From Candidatus Krumholzibacteriota bacterium (GTDB lineage Bacteria; Krumholzibacteriota; Krumholzibacteriia; Krumholzibacteriales; Krumholzibacteriaceae): a stretch of 64,000 nt of DNA. A program made the translations under genes and the position numbers. The notes under the pieces were generated by a model. That model was given only the letters and a program-made list of their open reading frames with translations. It did no database searches and was not told the origin of the DNA. Positions 27,640 to 37,205 of this stretch are shown here, in pieces (position 1 is the first letter of the stretch; each line of letters starts with the position of its first letter). The stretch covers positions 6,100-70,099 of the forward strand of contig JAFGEZ010000012.1 in the NCBI GenBank assembly GCA_016931295.1, given 5' to 3'.

Positions 27640-28329
27640 ATGTCAGGAATCCCCCGTATCAACGAAGCGTTCATCGAGGAGCCGTCGACGCAGGGCGTCG
27701 GCGTCGTTCCCGCCGCCGCGGAGAGTCCGGTCTATCTCGCGATCAAGCGCGTCATCGACGTCTGTGTCGCGTCGTTGCTTTTGATACTCTTTCTTCCGAT
27801 CATCCCGGTCGTCGCCCTCCTGATCAAGATGGATTCGCCGGGCCCGGTCCTCTACCGGCAGAAGCGGATCGGCAGGAAGGGAAAGGAATTCAATTTCTAC
27901 AAGTTCCGTTCGATGGTCATGGGCGCCGAGAAGGTCGTCGGGGCGCTCCGTCCGTTGAGCGGCGTCGACGGCCCCGTGTTCAAGCTCAAGGAGGATCCCC
28001 GGGTCACCGGAGTCGGCCGGTTCCTCCGTCGTTCGAGCCTGGACGAGCTCCCACAGCTCTTCAACGTGCTCAAGGGGGAGATGAGCATCGTCGGTCCCCG
28101 CCCCAATCTGCCCTCAGAAGTGTCGCACTACCTTCCCTGGCAACGGAGACGGCTCGACGTAACACCCGGCATCACTTGCCTTTGGCAAATCGCCGGGCGC
28201 AGCCATATCGGATTCCAGGAGTGGATGAGACTCGACATGGAGTACATCCGCACCCGGTCGCTCGTCACCGACCTCCAGATCATGGCGAAAACGATCCCCG
28301 CCGTGATAGCCAGGAAGGGGGCGTACTGA
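27640..28329 (+). CDS. priming phosphoglycosyl (sugar) transferase
   Basis: [38 protein letters not shown]. Confidence 0.93.
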   Translation: MSGIPRINEAFIEEPSTQGVGVVPAAAESPVYLAIKRVIDVCVASLLLILFLPIIPVVALLIKMDSPGPVLYRQKRIGRKGKEFNFYKFRSMVMGAEKVVGALRPLSGVDGPVFKLKEDPRVTGVGRFLRRSSLDELPQLFNVLKGEMSIVGPRPNLPSEVSHYLPWQRRRLDVTPGITCLWQIAGRSHIGFQEWMRLDMEYIRTRSLVTDLQIMAKTIPAVIARKGAY

Positions 28330-28335
28330 GCCGCT

Positions 28336-28350
28336 TGGCATGTATCTTGC
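28336..28350 (+). promoter_or_regulatory. sigma54 promoter motif
   Basis: TGGCATGTATCTTGC, GG-N10-GC, 6 nt after the upstream stop. Confidence 0.7.
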
Positions 28351-28362
28351 CCGAAAACGTGA

Positions 28363-28389
28363 TTGACAGGGTGTGTCTAAGGGTATAAT
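28363..28389 (+). promoter_or_regulatory. sigma70 consensus hexamers with short spacer
   Basis: TTGACA-15-TATAAT. Confidence 0.45.
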
Positions 28390-28450
28390 TTTACGCCGGT
28401 TAATACGGGGATGGATCCCGGCTGCCGGGCGGAACGAAGACGGAAGGACG

Positions 28451-29242
28451 ATGGCGCTGTATCCGCGATTCATAATGGCTCTCGCTCTGGTTCTCGCCGT
28501 ATCGGCAGCGGGCTGCGGCGGAGGGAACAGGCTGATCATGCAGGGGGGCGGCGAGGTGGAGCACGGCGAGCTCGACCTCGCGAGGCTTCCCGGGGCGGCT
28601 TCCGCATCCGGCGGCGCCTATCGCGTCTCCCACGGCGACGTGCTCGACATCTTCTTCCTCTACAACCGCGACCTCTCCAGGCAGGATATCAGGGTCCGTC
28701 CGGACGGGCGGATCTCCTACCCGTACGCGGGCGAGATCCAGGCGGCCGGGCTCACCGCGTCCGAAATCGACAGCATCCTCACCGACAGGTTCTCGGAAAT
28801 CGTCCGCGATCCCGAGATCTCCGTCATGGTCAGGGAGTTCCAGGAGCCGGTCGTCTACGTGATGGGCGCGGTCGGCTCAGCCGGCGGATACGCCTGGCGG
28901 CGGGGGATGACCCTGATGAACGCCCTGGCGCTGGCCAGCGGACCGGGCGACCGGGGAAAGCGGAACGGCGTGCTCGTCATCAGGCGCGTCGCTCCCGACC
29001 GGGTGGCCGGCATCCAGATCGATGTCGAGGCGCTTACCGACGGGAATCATTTCGAATACGACATACCGATCCAGCCGTACGACATCATCTTCGTGCCGAA
29101 ATCCCGGATCGCGAAGGCGTCGGAGTTCGTCGAATCCCTCTATACCATCCTTGGCAGGCCGGGGGATATCTACATCAAGGGCTGGCAGGTCTTCAACCAG
29201 CGTGCGCTGTACGACTTCTACAAGAGGACGGGGCAGCGGTAG
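28451..29242 (+). CDS. wza: polysaccharide export lipoprotein (Wza/OPX family)
   Basis: Lipobox AAGC, YRVSHGDVL, VRPDGRISYP, VYVMGAV, DIIFVPK. Confidence 0.88.
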   Translation: MALYPRFIMALALVLAVSAAGCGGGNRLIMQGGGEVEHGELDLARLPGAASASGGAYRVSHGDVLDIFFLYNRDLSRQDIRVRPDGRISYPYAGEIQAAGLTASEIDSILTDRFSEIVRDPEISVMVREFQEPVVYVMGAVGSAGGYAWRRGMTLMNALALASGPGDRGKRNGVLVIRRVAPDRVAGIQIDVEALTDGNHFEYDIPIQPYDIIFVPKSRIAKASEFVESLYTILGRPGDIYIKGWQVFNQRALYDFYKRTGQR

Positions 29243-29255
29243 GCCGGGCGGATCC

Positions 29256-30617
29256 ATGGAGCAGGAATTCAAGAAGAAGGAATCGACCGTCAAGGATTTC
29301 CTCGAGGTGATCTTCAGGCGGAAATGGATCATCGTCGGGATCGTCCTCGTGTCGACCGTCCTCGTCCTCGTCATGAATACGAGGGAACCCGCCGTCTACG
29401 AGTCCATGGCGCGGATCCTCGTCAAGCGCGGCGAGGCGATGGGCGTGTTCAATCCCTACGTCCGCACGCTGACCTGGGAAGAGGAGATCGCGTCCCAGAT
29501 CGAGATGGTGAAATCGCAGGTCGTGGTCGACCGCGCCCAGGAGATCCTCCATCGATTCGTCCCCGAGGGATACGAGACCGACGAGCAAATAAACGTCAAC
29601 AACGTCAATTCGGACGTCGTCTCGACATCGAACGTGATCTGGGTGACCTACACGTCGCGGGACCCGGTCTTCTGCCGCGTCGCGGTGAACGCGATGGTCA
29701 ACGCCTACCGGGACTACTACCAGCAGGTCCGCACGCCGCCGGAGATGGAGGATTTCTTCGCGAACGAGAAGCAGATCCTCATGGAGGAGATCGAGTACTG
29801 GCGGGAGAGGAAGCAGCGGGTCGAAAGCGAGTGGGGGATCATCGATCTCAACAGGCAGCGCACGGACGCGCTTCAGCAGCTCTGGACGCTGCGGAACGAA
29901 CTCGGCGACATCGTGCAGGAGCGGCGGGAGCGTGAATCGATTCTCGAGACGCTCGAGACCCTCGAACAGGCCGACGTCGCCGAGCTTTCGGCGATCTCCA
30001 CGGGGCTGCTCGAACCCGGCCAGCGCGAGGGCGTCGTCGAGAATCTCCGGCGACGGCTCATCGACCTGAAGATGCAGGAATCGGATCTCGCGGCGCGATA
30101 CACCGATTCCAACAAGGAGCTCGTGAACATCCGCGCCCAGATCGACGACATGCACGGTCTTTTGTCGAAGGAGATCGATGCCCTTCTCTTCGTCAACCGG
30201 AGCCGGCTCTCCGTCGTCAGGGACCGCGAACGGAGCCTGAGAAGTGACATCGCCAGGTTGGAGAGCGAGAACGAGGAATTTCCCGCGCAGGAGGTCGAGC
30301 TCCAGCGGATCGAGACGTCCCTCCAGAACGCGATCGATTCGTACGAGGCGCTCGTCGAGCAGCATATCAATTCGCGGATCTCGATCGCGAGCAACCCGGA
30401 GTGGAACGTGACGATCCTGAATCCCGCCGATTCGGCGCACGCCCGAAAGACGCGGGACTACGTCCGGATCGCGCTCGGCCCACTTTTCAGCCTGGTGATC
30501 GCGCTCGGGTTCGCATTCTTCATCGACAACCTCGACCACTCGATCAAGAACGTCTCGGAGGCGGAGGACGTGCTGCAGATGAACGTGCTCGCCTCTTTCC
30601 CGGACACGAAGCGGTGA
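29256..30617 (+). CDS. polysaccharide chain-length determinant (Wzc N-terminal/GumC-like)
   Basis: IFRRKW plus TM helix, long coiled coil, second TM helix, DHSIK..SEAE..L..NVLASFP. Confidence 0.88.
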   Translation: MEQEFKKKESTVKDFLEVIFRRKWIIVGIVLVSTVLVLVMNTREPAVYESMARILVKRGEAMGVFNPYVRTLTWEEEIASQIEMVKSQVVVDRAQEILHRFVPEGYETDEQINVNNVNSDVVSTSNVIWVTYTSRDPVFCRVAVNAMVNAYRDYYQQVRTPPEMEDFFANEKQILMEEIEYWRERKQRVESEWGIIDLNRQRTDALQQLWTLRNELGDIVQERRERESILETLETLEQADVAELSAISTGLLEPGQREGVVENLRRRLIDLKMQESDLAARYTDSNKELVNIRAQIDDMHGLLSKEIDALLFVNRSRLSVVRDRERSLRSDIARLESENEEFPAQEVELQRIETSLQNAIDSYEALVEQHINSRISIASNPEWNVTILNPADSAHARKTRDYVRIALGPLFSLVIALGFAFFIDNLDHSIKNVSEAEDVLQMNVLASFPDTKR

Positions 30618-30624
30618 GAAGACG

Positions 30625-31482
30625 ATGTACGAGGATTTCTACGGTTTCAGGGAGCTCCCCTTCAACGTGACGCCGGATCCCCGGTTCCTCTACCGGAGCC
30701 GGAGCCACCGGGAGGCGCTCGCGTACATCACCTACGGGATCTTCCAGAAGAAGGGCTTCATCGCCCTCACCGGGGAGGTCGGCGTCGGCAAGACGACCGT
30801 CGTCAACGCGTTCATCGATCTCTTCCAGCCATCGCTGGAGGTCGCCTTCGTCTTCACCACGAAGTTCCCCTTCGATCAGCTCCTCTACCTGATCTGCCGC
30901 GACTACGGGCTCGATGTCGAGGGGATGAACAAGGCCCAGACGCTCCTCGCGCTCAATGAATTCCTGATATCCCAGTACGAGCGGAACCGGAACACGGTGC
31001 TGATCATCGACGAGGCGCAGAATCTCAGCCCGGACGTGCTCGAGGAGCTCCGGATGCTCTCGAATCTCGAGACGCGGGACCGCAAGCTCCTGCAGATCAT
31101 GCTCGTCGGGCAGCCGGAGCTCGAGGCGATCCTCAACATGAGCGAGATGCGACAGCTCAGGCAGCGGATACCGGGGATCTGCAGGATCTCCATGCTCGAT
31201 CACGAGGAGGTCGTCTCCTACGTGAAGACGCGGCTCGAGATCGCCCGCGGCGGAGACGGCGGTCCGCACTTCACCGACGATTCCCTCGCGGAGATATTCC
31301 ACTATTCTGGGGGGACCCCGCGGCTGATCAACATCCTCTGCGATCGCGCGCTCCTGATCGGCTACGTGTCGAACACGAAGACGATCGACGGGCGCATCGT
31401 CCGCGAGGGCGTGCGGGACCTGGAGTCCCGCGAGGCGGCATCCCCTGAACGGCGCGTCGGGCCACGCGCGTATCCTGGCTGA
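30625..31482 (+). CDS. ExeA-family AAA ATPase (type seen in PEP-CTERM/EPS loci)
   Basis: MYEDFYGF..PF..TPDP, GEVGVGKTT, IIDEAQ, GQPEL, SGGTPRLIN. Confidence 0.9.
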   Translation: MYEDFYGFRELPFNVTPDPRFLYRSRSHREALAYITYGIFQKKGFIALTGEVGVGKTTVVNAFIDLFQPSLEVAFVFTTKFPFDQLLYLICRDYGLDVEGMNKAQTLLALNEFLISQYERNRNTVLIIDEAQNLSPDVLEELRMLSNLETRDRKLLQIMLVGQPELEAILNMSEMRQLRQRIPGICRISMLDHEEVVSYVKTRLEIARGGDGGPHFTDDSLAEIFHYSGGTPRLINILCDRALLIGYVSNTKTIDGRIVREGVRDLESREAASPERRVGPRAYPG

Positions 31483-31504
31483 CGAAGAGGGAAAGGGGCG
31501 ACGC

Positions 31505-32272
31505 GTGAGCAGAATCTTCGACGCGCTGCGAAAGGCCGAACGCGAACGGGTGAAGCCGCCGCGCCCGCGGAAACGGCCCGCTCCCTCGCGGCCGGCTTCC
31601 GCCGAGGCGGGAGAGCACGTCTTCCTGCGGGGCCTCGACGAGCAGTTCCGCCGATCCCTGCAGAACCTCCGCAACTCGATCGATTCGGAGATGCGGAACC
31701 GCGAGTCGCGCGTGATCCTCTTCACCAGTTCCGTGGCCGGGGAGGGGACGACGACGATCGTCTCCTTTCTCGCGCGGATGCTTTCCCTCGGCGAGACCGA
31801 GCGAGTGCTCCTCGTCGATTGCGCGGTTCATCATCCCACCCTGCACAGGCTGTTCGGCATCGATAACGAACGGGGGATCGTCGATTTCCTTTCAGGCTCG
31901 GCCACCCTCGAACAGGTGACGACGTCGGTGGACGCCGACGCGCTCGATATCGTCACGGCGGGAAGCAGCGTCAGCGCGGAAATGATCCAGTCCCGCTTCA
32001 ATTCCGAGATCATGCGGCGATTCGTCAAGGAGTCCGGCGAGATCTACGACTACGTCCTCATCGATTCCTCCGCCGTGCTCGAGGCGCCCGAGACGCCCAT
32101 CATCGCCTCGTCGGCCGACGCCGTCGTCCTCGTCGTGCAGGCGGGGAGCACGAAGCGAGAGGTCATCAAGCGCGCGGTGCAGATGGTGGAGAAACTCGAC
32201 GGCTCTTTCATCGGCACCGTACTCAACCGGAAGCAGTACCACATCCCCGAGTTCATCTACAGGCGGGTATAG
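31505..32272 (+). CDS. CpsD/CapB-like BY-kinase homolog with degenerate motifs
   Basis: SRIFDALRKA N-terminus, FTSSVAGEGTTT, YDYVLID, ADAVVLVV. Confidence 0.85.
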   Translation: MSRIFDALRKAERERVKPPRPRKRPAPSRPASAEAGEHVFLRGLDEQFRRSLQNLRNSIDSEMRNRESRVILFTSSVAGEGTTTIVSFLARMLSLGETERVLLVDCAVHHPTLHRLFGIDNERGIVDFLSGSATLEQVTTSVDADALDIVTAGSSVSAEMIQSRFNSEIMRRFVKESGEIYDYVLIDSSAVLEAPETPIIASSADAVVLVVQAGSTKREVIKRAVQMVEKLDGSFIGTVLNRKQYHIPEFIYRRV

Positions 32273-33484
32273 ATGTCCAGCGATACCGGTCCGACGGCGG
32301 AAGGATCCGTTTCGCGCCGGATCGGGATCGACCGGTTCCTCGAATCGTGCGCGGATCTCGTCGCCCGGGAAGCGGGGGAAGGCCGGCTTGCGGGCTGCTT
32401 CGTCTGCGGTTCATTCGCCACGGGCGAGGAGAGTCTCGTCGAGGACGCCGGCGACGCGATCCTTCTCTCCGACGTCGACCTGGTGGCCGTCGTGCGCGAT
32501 CTCGACACCCATCGCTCGATCCTGTCCCGGAAACGATCGATCGGGGAGGCCTGCGAGGCCTTGTTGCCCGAGGTGCGGTTCGCCGGACGCGTCGACGTCG
32601 GCGTGCTCCTCGCGGACGAGATCTCGGCGCTTCCGCATTCCCCCGGCATCTACGATCTGCGCGAGCGGGGGCGGGTCCTCCTCGGTCCGCCGGAACTCCT
32701 CGAGGGGATTCCCGACCGCGATCCGGCGCGGATCGGCGGCCGCGAGGGGCTCAGGCTCGTCGAGAACCGCGTGCCGCCCCTGTTCGCCGCGCACGTGCTC
32801 GGGGAATCGACGGGCGTCGACCGCTGGCGTTTCCTCTACGCGCTCTGCCGCGTCTACACCGACATCGCAACGGCCGCCCTGTGTCTCGCGGGACGGTACG
32901 TGCCGGGGTATGCGGAGCGTTCAACCCGGTTCGGGGAGATCGCCGGCGGGAAAGTCGCGTGGAAGGAATTGCGGGAGCCGGTCGAGCGCTGGACGCGCTT
33001 CAAGATCGAGCCGGGACGCGGGATCGCGCGGGAGGCGATCGGCGACACGGGAGACGAAGAACTGTGGGACCGTGCCGCGGCGGATCTCCTTCGATTCTGG
33101 CGGCGGGCGGCCGCCTCCGTCGCCGGTCGCGACCCCGTCGAGGGGGAGAAGACGGACGTCGGCCTCATGATCGAGGAGAACAGCCTCCGGGCGCGACGTC
33201 TCACGAACGCGCGGCGTTGGGCGGCCCTGCTCCGCGGACTCGGCACGACGGACGGGCTCCGCGCCGCGGGGGCGCTCAGGGGGCGCATGCTCACCGTCGA
33301 CCCGGAAGCGTTCATCCGGCTCTCGGCCCTCTCCATCCTCGACGCCCGGGTCGCCGGCGGCAAAAACGCGACGGTCGGGGGGGCGCCCGGCGGTTTTCCA
33401 TTCGGCGCCGGATCGTGGGAGGAGGCGGCCCGCCTCGTCACCCGGCACTGGCACCGGCTGGTCTTCGACCGCGAGGAGGGATAG
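32273..33484 (+). CDS. Pol-beta-like nucleotidyltransferase domain protein with helical C-terminus
   Basis: GSFATGE...SDVDLVAV (GS plus DxD). Confidence 0.65.
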   Translation: MSSDTGPTAEGSVSRRIGIDRFLESCADLVAREAGEGRLAGCFVCGSFATGEESLVEDAGDAILLSDVDLVAVVRDLDTHRSILSRKRSIGEACEALLPEVRFAGRVDVGVLLADEISALPHSPGIYDLRERGRVLLGPPELLEGIPDRDPARIGGREGLRLVENRVPPLFAAHVLGESTGVDRWRFLYALCRVYTDIATAALCLAGRYVPGYAERSTRFGEIAGGKVAWKELREPVERWTRFKIEPGRGIAREAIGDTGDEELWDRAAADLLRFWRRAAASVAGRDPVEGEKTDVGLMIEENSLRARRLTNARRWAALLRGLGTTDGLRAAGALRGRMLTVDPEAFIRLSALSILDARVAGGKNATVGGAPGGFPFGAGSWEEAARLVTRHWHRLVFDREEG

Positions 33485-33488
33485 ACCG

Positions 33489-34604
33489 ATGAGGACGGTC
33501 GTCGTGATCATCGACGCGCTCGGCGCCGAGTTGGCCCGAACCCACGGGTTCGCGGTCGCCGGACTGGCGCACGGGCGGCGGCTCGAGAGCGTGCTCGGTT
33601 TCAGCCAGGCGGCGCTCACCTCGATACTCACCGGCGTCCGGCCCGATCGACACGGGCTCTGGATGATGTACGCCTTCGACGATCGTTCACCGTTCCGGTT
33701 CCTGCGGTGTTTCCCGGACGCTCTCGGCACGCGGCGGCGCATCGTCCGCCGCCTCGTCAGGTGGAAGCTCGGCGCACTCGATCGCGTCGGCGCGTACTAC
33801 AGCCTCTACGACGTGCCGAAGCGCGTCCTCGGCTGCCTCGATCTCCCCGCGCGCCGGCCCCTCTTCGAGCCGGGAGGAGGGCAGGGGACGCCGACCGTGA
33901 TCGATCGGGCGATCGAGCGCGGGGACCGCTGCTTCGTGCGGGACTACCGGTGTCCCGAGCTCGAGGCCTTCGACGACCTCGACCAGGCGCTCGACGCGGG
34001 ACGGCACGATTTCCACCTGCTCTACACGGCGGGGCTCGACGCGGTGCTGCATCGATTCGGCACGGGGCACGAGGAGACGGCGAAGCGGCTCCGCCTGTAC
34101 GAAAAGCGGCTCGGGCGGATCGTGTCGAAATGCGACCGGATGATCGTTCTCGGCGATCACGGGATGTGCGACGTCGAGCGGACGGTGGATCTCATCGCCC
34201 GGGTCGAAGCGCTCGGACTCCGGGTTCCCCGCGATGTCGTTCCGTTCTACGACGCGACGATGGCCCGCTTCCGGGTGCGCGACGCCCGCGTGCGAAGCGG
34301 GCTCGAGCAACTCCTCGGGGAACTCGGGTGCGGGCGGATCCTCGACGAGGCGGAGCAGCGCCTGCTCGGCGTCCGCTTCGAAGACGGCCGTTTCGGCGAT
34401 CTCATCTTCGTCGTCGAGACGGGGACGGTGATCGAGCCGAGCTTCATGGGGCGCACGGCTCCCGCGGGGATGCACGGCTATCATCCCGCCGCGCCGTGCA
34501 TGGACAGCCTGATGCTCTCGAGCGAGCTGGCCGACGGGTGCCGATCGATCACGGACGTCGCATCGCTCGTTTTGCCGGGCTTCGCCGCGGGGGGAGCGGC
34601 ATGA
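33489..34604 (+). CDS. alkaline phosphatase superfamily (nucleotide pyrophosphatase/phosphodiesterase-like) protein
   Basis: IIDAL, GFS...ILTG..P..HG, DAVLH, GDHGM, GMHGY. Confidence 0.85.
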   Translation: MRTVVVIIDALGAELARTHGFAVAGLAHGRRLESVLGFSQAALTSILTGVRPDRHGLWMMYAFDDRSPFRFLRCFPDALGTRRRIVRRLVRWKLGALDRVGAYYSLYDVPKRVLGCLDLPARRPLFEPGGGQGTPTVIDRAIERGDRCFVRDYRCPELEAFDDLDQALDAGRHDFHLLYTAGLDAVLHRFGTGHEETAKRLRLYEKRLGRIVSKCDRMIVLGDHGMCDVERTVDLIARVEALGLRVPRDVVPFYDATMARFRVRDARVRSGLEQLLGELGCGRILDEAEQRLLGVRFEDGRFGDLIFVVETGTVIEPSFMGRTAPAGMHGYHPAAPCMDSLMLSSELADGCRSITDVASLVLPGFAAGGAA

Positions 34605-36103
34605 GCGTGGAGCGCGTCGGCAGGGCGATGACGTGGAGCGTTCTCGCCAGGGTCGCGCGGTTCGCGGCCGGGCCGATCGCATACGTGGTGATCGTCCGTT
34701 CCCTGGGCGAGACCGACTGGGGGATCCTGAGCATCCTGCGGACGATCTCGTCACTCGCCCTCATCGTCGTGACGGCGGGGGGCGGCAACGCGCTGCTCCG
34801 GTTCCTGCCGCAGCTCCGGGTCACGGGAGGCGCGGGGCGCTTCATGGCGAGATTCCGGTTCGTTTTGCTCGCGCAGGCGGTCGTCTGGGGCGCGCTTCTC
34901 GGCGTCTCGCGGCTCGTCGGCGACCGGGTGGGGCGGCTCGTCGGCGCGCCGGGGGAGGGTTTCACCGGTCTCCTCCTCGTCGCGATCGGGGTCGTCATCT
35001 TCGAGGTGATGCTCCGCCTCGTGACCTCGGCGCTCCAGTCATGGTACGAGACGCGCAGGCTTGCGATTGTAACCGTAGCAGGTAATATAGCATACGTGAT
35101 ATTGCTCGTCTTGTTCCTCAAGTCGGGGACGGGCATCGTCGGCGTTCTGTTCGCCGGCGCCATCGTCAACCTGGCGATGAGCGTCCTGCTCGCCAGGCAG
35201 GTCTTCTCGCTCGTTTGCTCGGCGCCGGAGGCCGGGGGGGAGGCGCCCCGCGTCGGGCGGATCTTCGCCTTCTCGCTCCCCTTCGTGGCGACGGGGCTCC
35301 TCAACGAGATCGTATGGCGCCACTCCGAGGTCCTCTTCCTCGGGCATTTCGCCGGCGTCGAGGCGGCGGGGTATTTCGGGCTCGCCTACCGGACGACCCA
35401 GCAGTTTCTCGAGTTCGTGCCCCTCTCGATCTGGCCGATCGTCATGGCCGGCGTCACCGAGGCCTATGCGAAAGACCGCAACCGTCTCGCCGGGTCGATC
35501 GATCTCTACTACCGGTTGCTGTACATTCTCGTCATGCCGGTCGCCGCGCTCGGATTCGCCCTGTCGAGACCGCTCGTGCCCTTCCTCTTCGGCGAGGCGA
35601 TGGCTCCGGCCGCGCAGGTAACGCAACTGTTTTTCGTTGTCTTTTCATACTCCTTTCTCTATACTCCGCTCAGCATGGCCCTGTATGTGATGGAGAAAAG
35701 CTGGCTTAACATGCTGACCTTCGCCATGCTCGCCGCGGTGAACATCGGTCTCGATCTCGTGTTCATTCCGAGGATCGGGATCGACGGCGCCCTGCTCTCG
35801 GTCGCGCTCGTGCTCGCGCTCAGCGTGGCCGTATTCGGCGTCGTCGTCAAGCGGGTCAGGCCCGATATCCGGATCCCGTTCGGGTTCGTGCTCCGCTGCT
35901 ACGCGGCGTGCCTGCCGACGGCCCTCATCGCGCTGACCTCGTCCCGCTGGCACTCGGTTCCCGCGCTCGCGATCCAGGCGCTCGCCGGAATCGTGCTGCT
36001 CTATGCGGGGTTCAGGGCGATGCGGGTCATCGGGGCGAGGGAGAAGGAGATGATCGCCAGGCTGCCCATACCGTTCAAGGGACGTTTGATCGCACTCTTC
36101 TAG
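34601..36103 (+). CDS. wzx: polysaccharide flippase (Wzx/MOP family)
   Basis: Many TM helices, IVRSLG...WG, AGYFGLAYR, LVFIPRIGIDGA. Confidence 0.85.
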   Translation: MSVERVGRAMTWSVLARVARFAAGPIAYVVIVRSLGETDWGILSILRTISSLALIVVTAGGGNALLRFLPQLRVTGGAGRFMARFRFVLLAQAVVWGALLGVSRLVGDRVGRLVGAPGEGFTGLLLVAIGVVIFEVMLRLVTSALQSWYETRRLAIVTVAGNIAYVILLVLFLKSGTGIVGVLFAGAIVNLAMSVLLARQVFSLVCSAPEAGGEAPRVGRIFAFSLPFVATGLLNEIVWRHSEVLFLGHFAGVEAAGYFGLAYRTTQQFLEFVPLSIWPIVMAGVTEAYAKDRNRLAGSIDLYYRLLYILVMPVAALGFALSRPLVPFLFGEAMAPAAQVTQLFFVVFSYSFLYTPLSMALYVMEKSWLNMLTFAMLAAVNIGLDLVFIPRIGIDGALLSVALVLALSVAVFGVVVKRVRPDIRIPFGFVLRCYAACLPTALIALTSSRWHSVPALAIQALAGIVLLYAGFRAMRVIGAREKEMIARLPIPFKGRLIALF

Positions 36104-36116
36104 ACGAGGACAGGAC

Positions 36117-36794
36117 ATGTATCGCGACAAGACCATTTCAGTCGTCATCCCCTGCTACAACGAAGAGGAAGGCGTGGCGCGCGTCATCGCGTCGCTGCCG
36201 CCGTCGATCGACGAGGTCGTCGTCGTCGACAACAACTCGACGGACCGCACGGCGGCCGTCGCCAGAGAACTCGGCGCGCGGGTCGTCTTCGAGGCCCGGA
36301 AGGGCTACGGGGCCGCCTACAAGGCGGGATTGCCGACCGTTACCGGTGACATAACGGTCACGATGGACGGCGACGGCACCTACCCGGTCGAGCAGATCGA
36401 GGAATGCATCGACCATCTCCTCGATCGGGAGCTCGATTTCGTCTCGGCCTCCCGTTTCCCGCTGAAGGACCCTTCGGCGATGAACTCCTCGAACCAGGCG
36501 GGGAACTGGATCCTCACCGCCGGGACGGCGCTGCTCTTTTTGCGGCCGATCCGCGATTCGCAGTCGGGGATGTGGATCTACCGGAGCCCGATCTATCCCG
36601 AACTGCGTGTGAAGAGCGACGGGATGCCCTTCTCCGAGGAGATCAAGATCGCCGCCATCCGGCACCCGCGGCTCCGATTCGACGAATACCACGTCAATTA
36701 CCATCCGCGTATCGGCGAGGTGAAGCTCGACAAGTGGCGCGACGGGCTCCTCAACCTGTGCTATCTCGTCAAGCTGAGGTTCACCCCCCGGTGA
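36117..36794 (+). CDS. GT2 polyprenol-phosphate glycosyltransferase (DPM/GtrB-like)
   Basis: IPCYNEE, VDNNSTD, GYG, MDGDGTY, DSQSG. Confidence 0.88.
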   Translation: MYRDKTISVVIPCYNEEEGVARVIASLPPSIDEVVVVDNNSTDRTAAVARELGARVVFEARKGYGAAYKAGLPTVTGDITVTMDGDGTYPVEQIEECIDHLLDRELDFVSASRFPLKDPSAMNSSNQAGNWILTAGTALLFLRPIRDSQSGMWIYRSPIYPELRVKSDGMPFSEEIKIAAIRHPRLRFDEYHVNYHPRIGEVKLDKWRDGLLNLCYLVKLRFTPR

Positions 36795-36816
36795 TCCGTC
36801 CCGTAAAGGAGATCGG

Positions 36817-37179
36817 ATGTTCAAGAACCTCCTCCTCATCGTGCTGACCGTTTGTCTGAACACGACGGGGCAGTTCCTGATGAAGGCGGGCATCAACAGG
36901 ATCGGCAAGATCGATCTGCACAACCTCGTCGATTCCTTCGGACGCGTCGTCGTGTCCCCCTTCGTCCTCGGGGGATTCGGCACGTACGCGATCAGCGCCG
37001 TGCTCTGGATCATCATCCTGTCCCGGACGGAACTCGGCTGGGCCTTTCCCATGGTGAGCCTCTCGTACGTGATCACCGTTCTCGTCGGGCCGGTCCTGCT
37101 GAACGAGACCTTCTCCTACCAGCGTTTCATCGGCGTGCTCGTCATCTGCGTCGGAGTCTATCTCGTCAGCCGGACCTGA
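36817..37179 (+). CDS. small DMT/EamA-like membrane protein (ArnE/ArnF-like flippase)
   Basis: 120 aa, four TM helices, GQFLMK, ELGWAFP.VSLSY. Confidence 0.8.
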   Translation: MFKNLLLIVLTVCLNTTGQFLMKAGINRIGKIDLHNLVDSFGRVVVSPFVLGGFGTYAISAVLWIIILSRTELGWAFPMVSLSYVITVLVGPVLLNETFSYQRFIGVLVICVGVYLVSRT

Positions 37180-37205
37180 CACACGCGCACCGGGAGGATG
37201 ACGCC

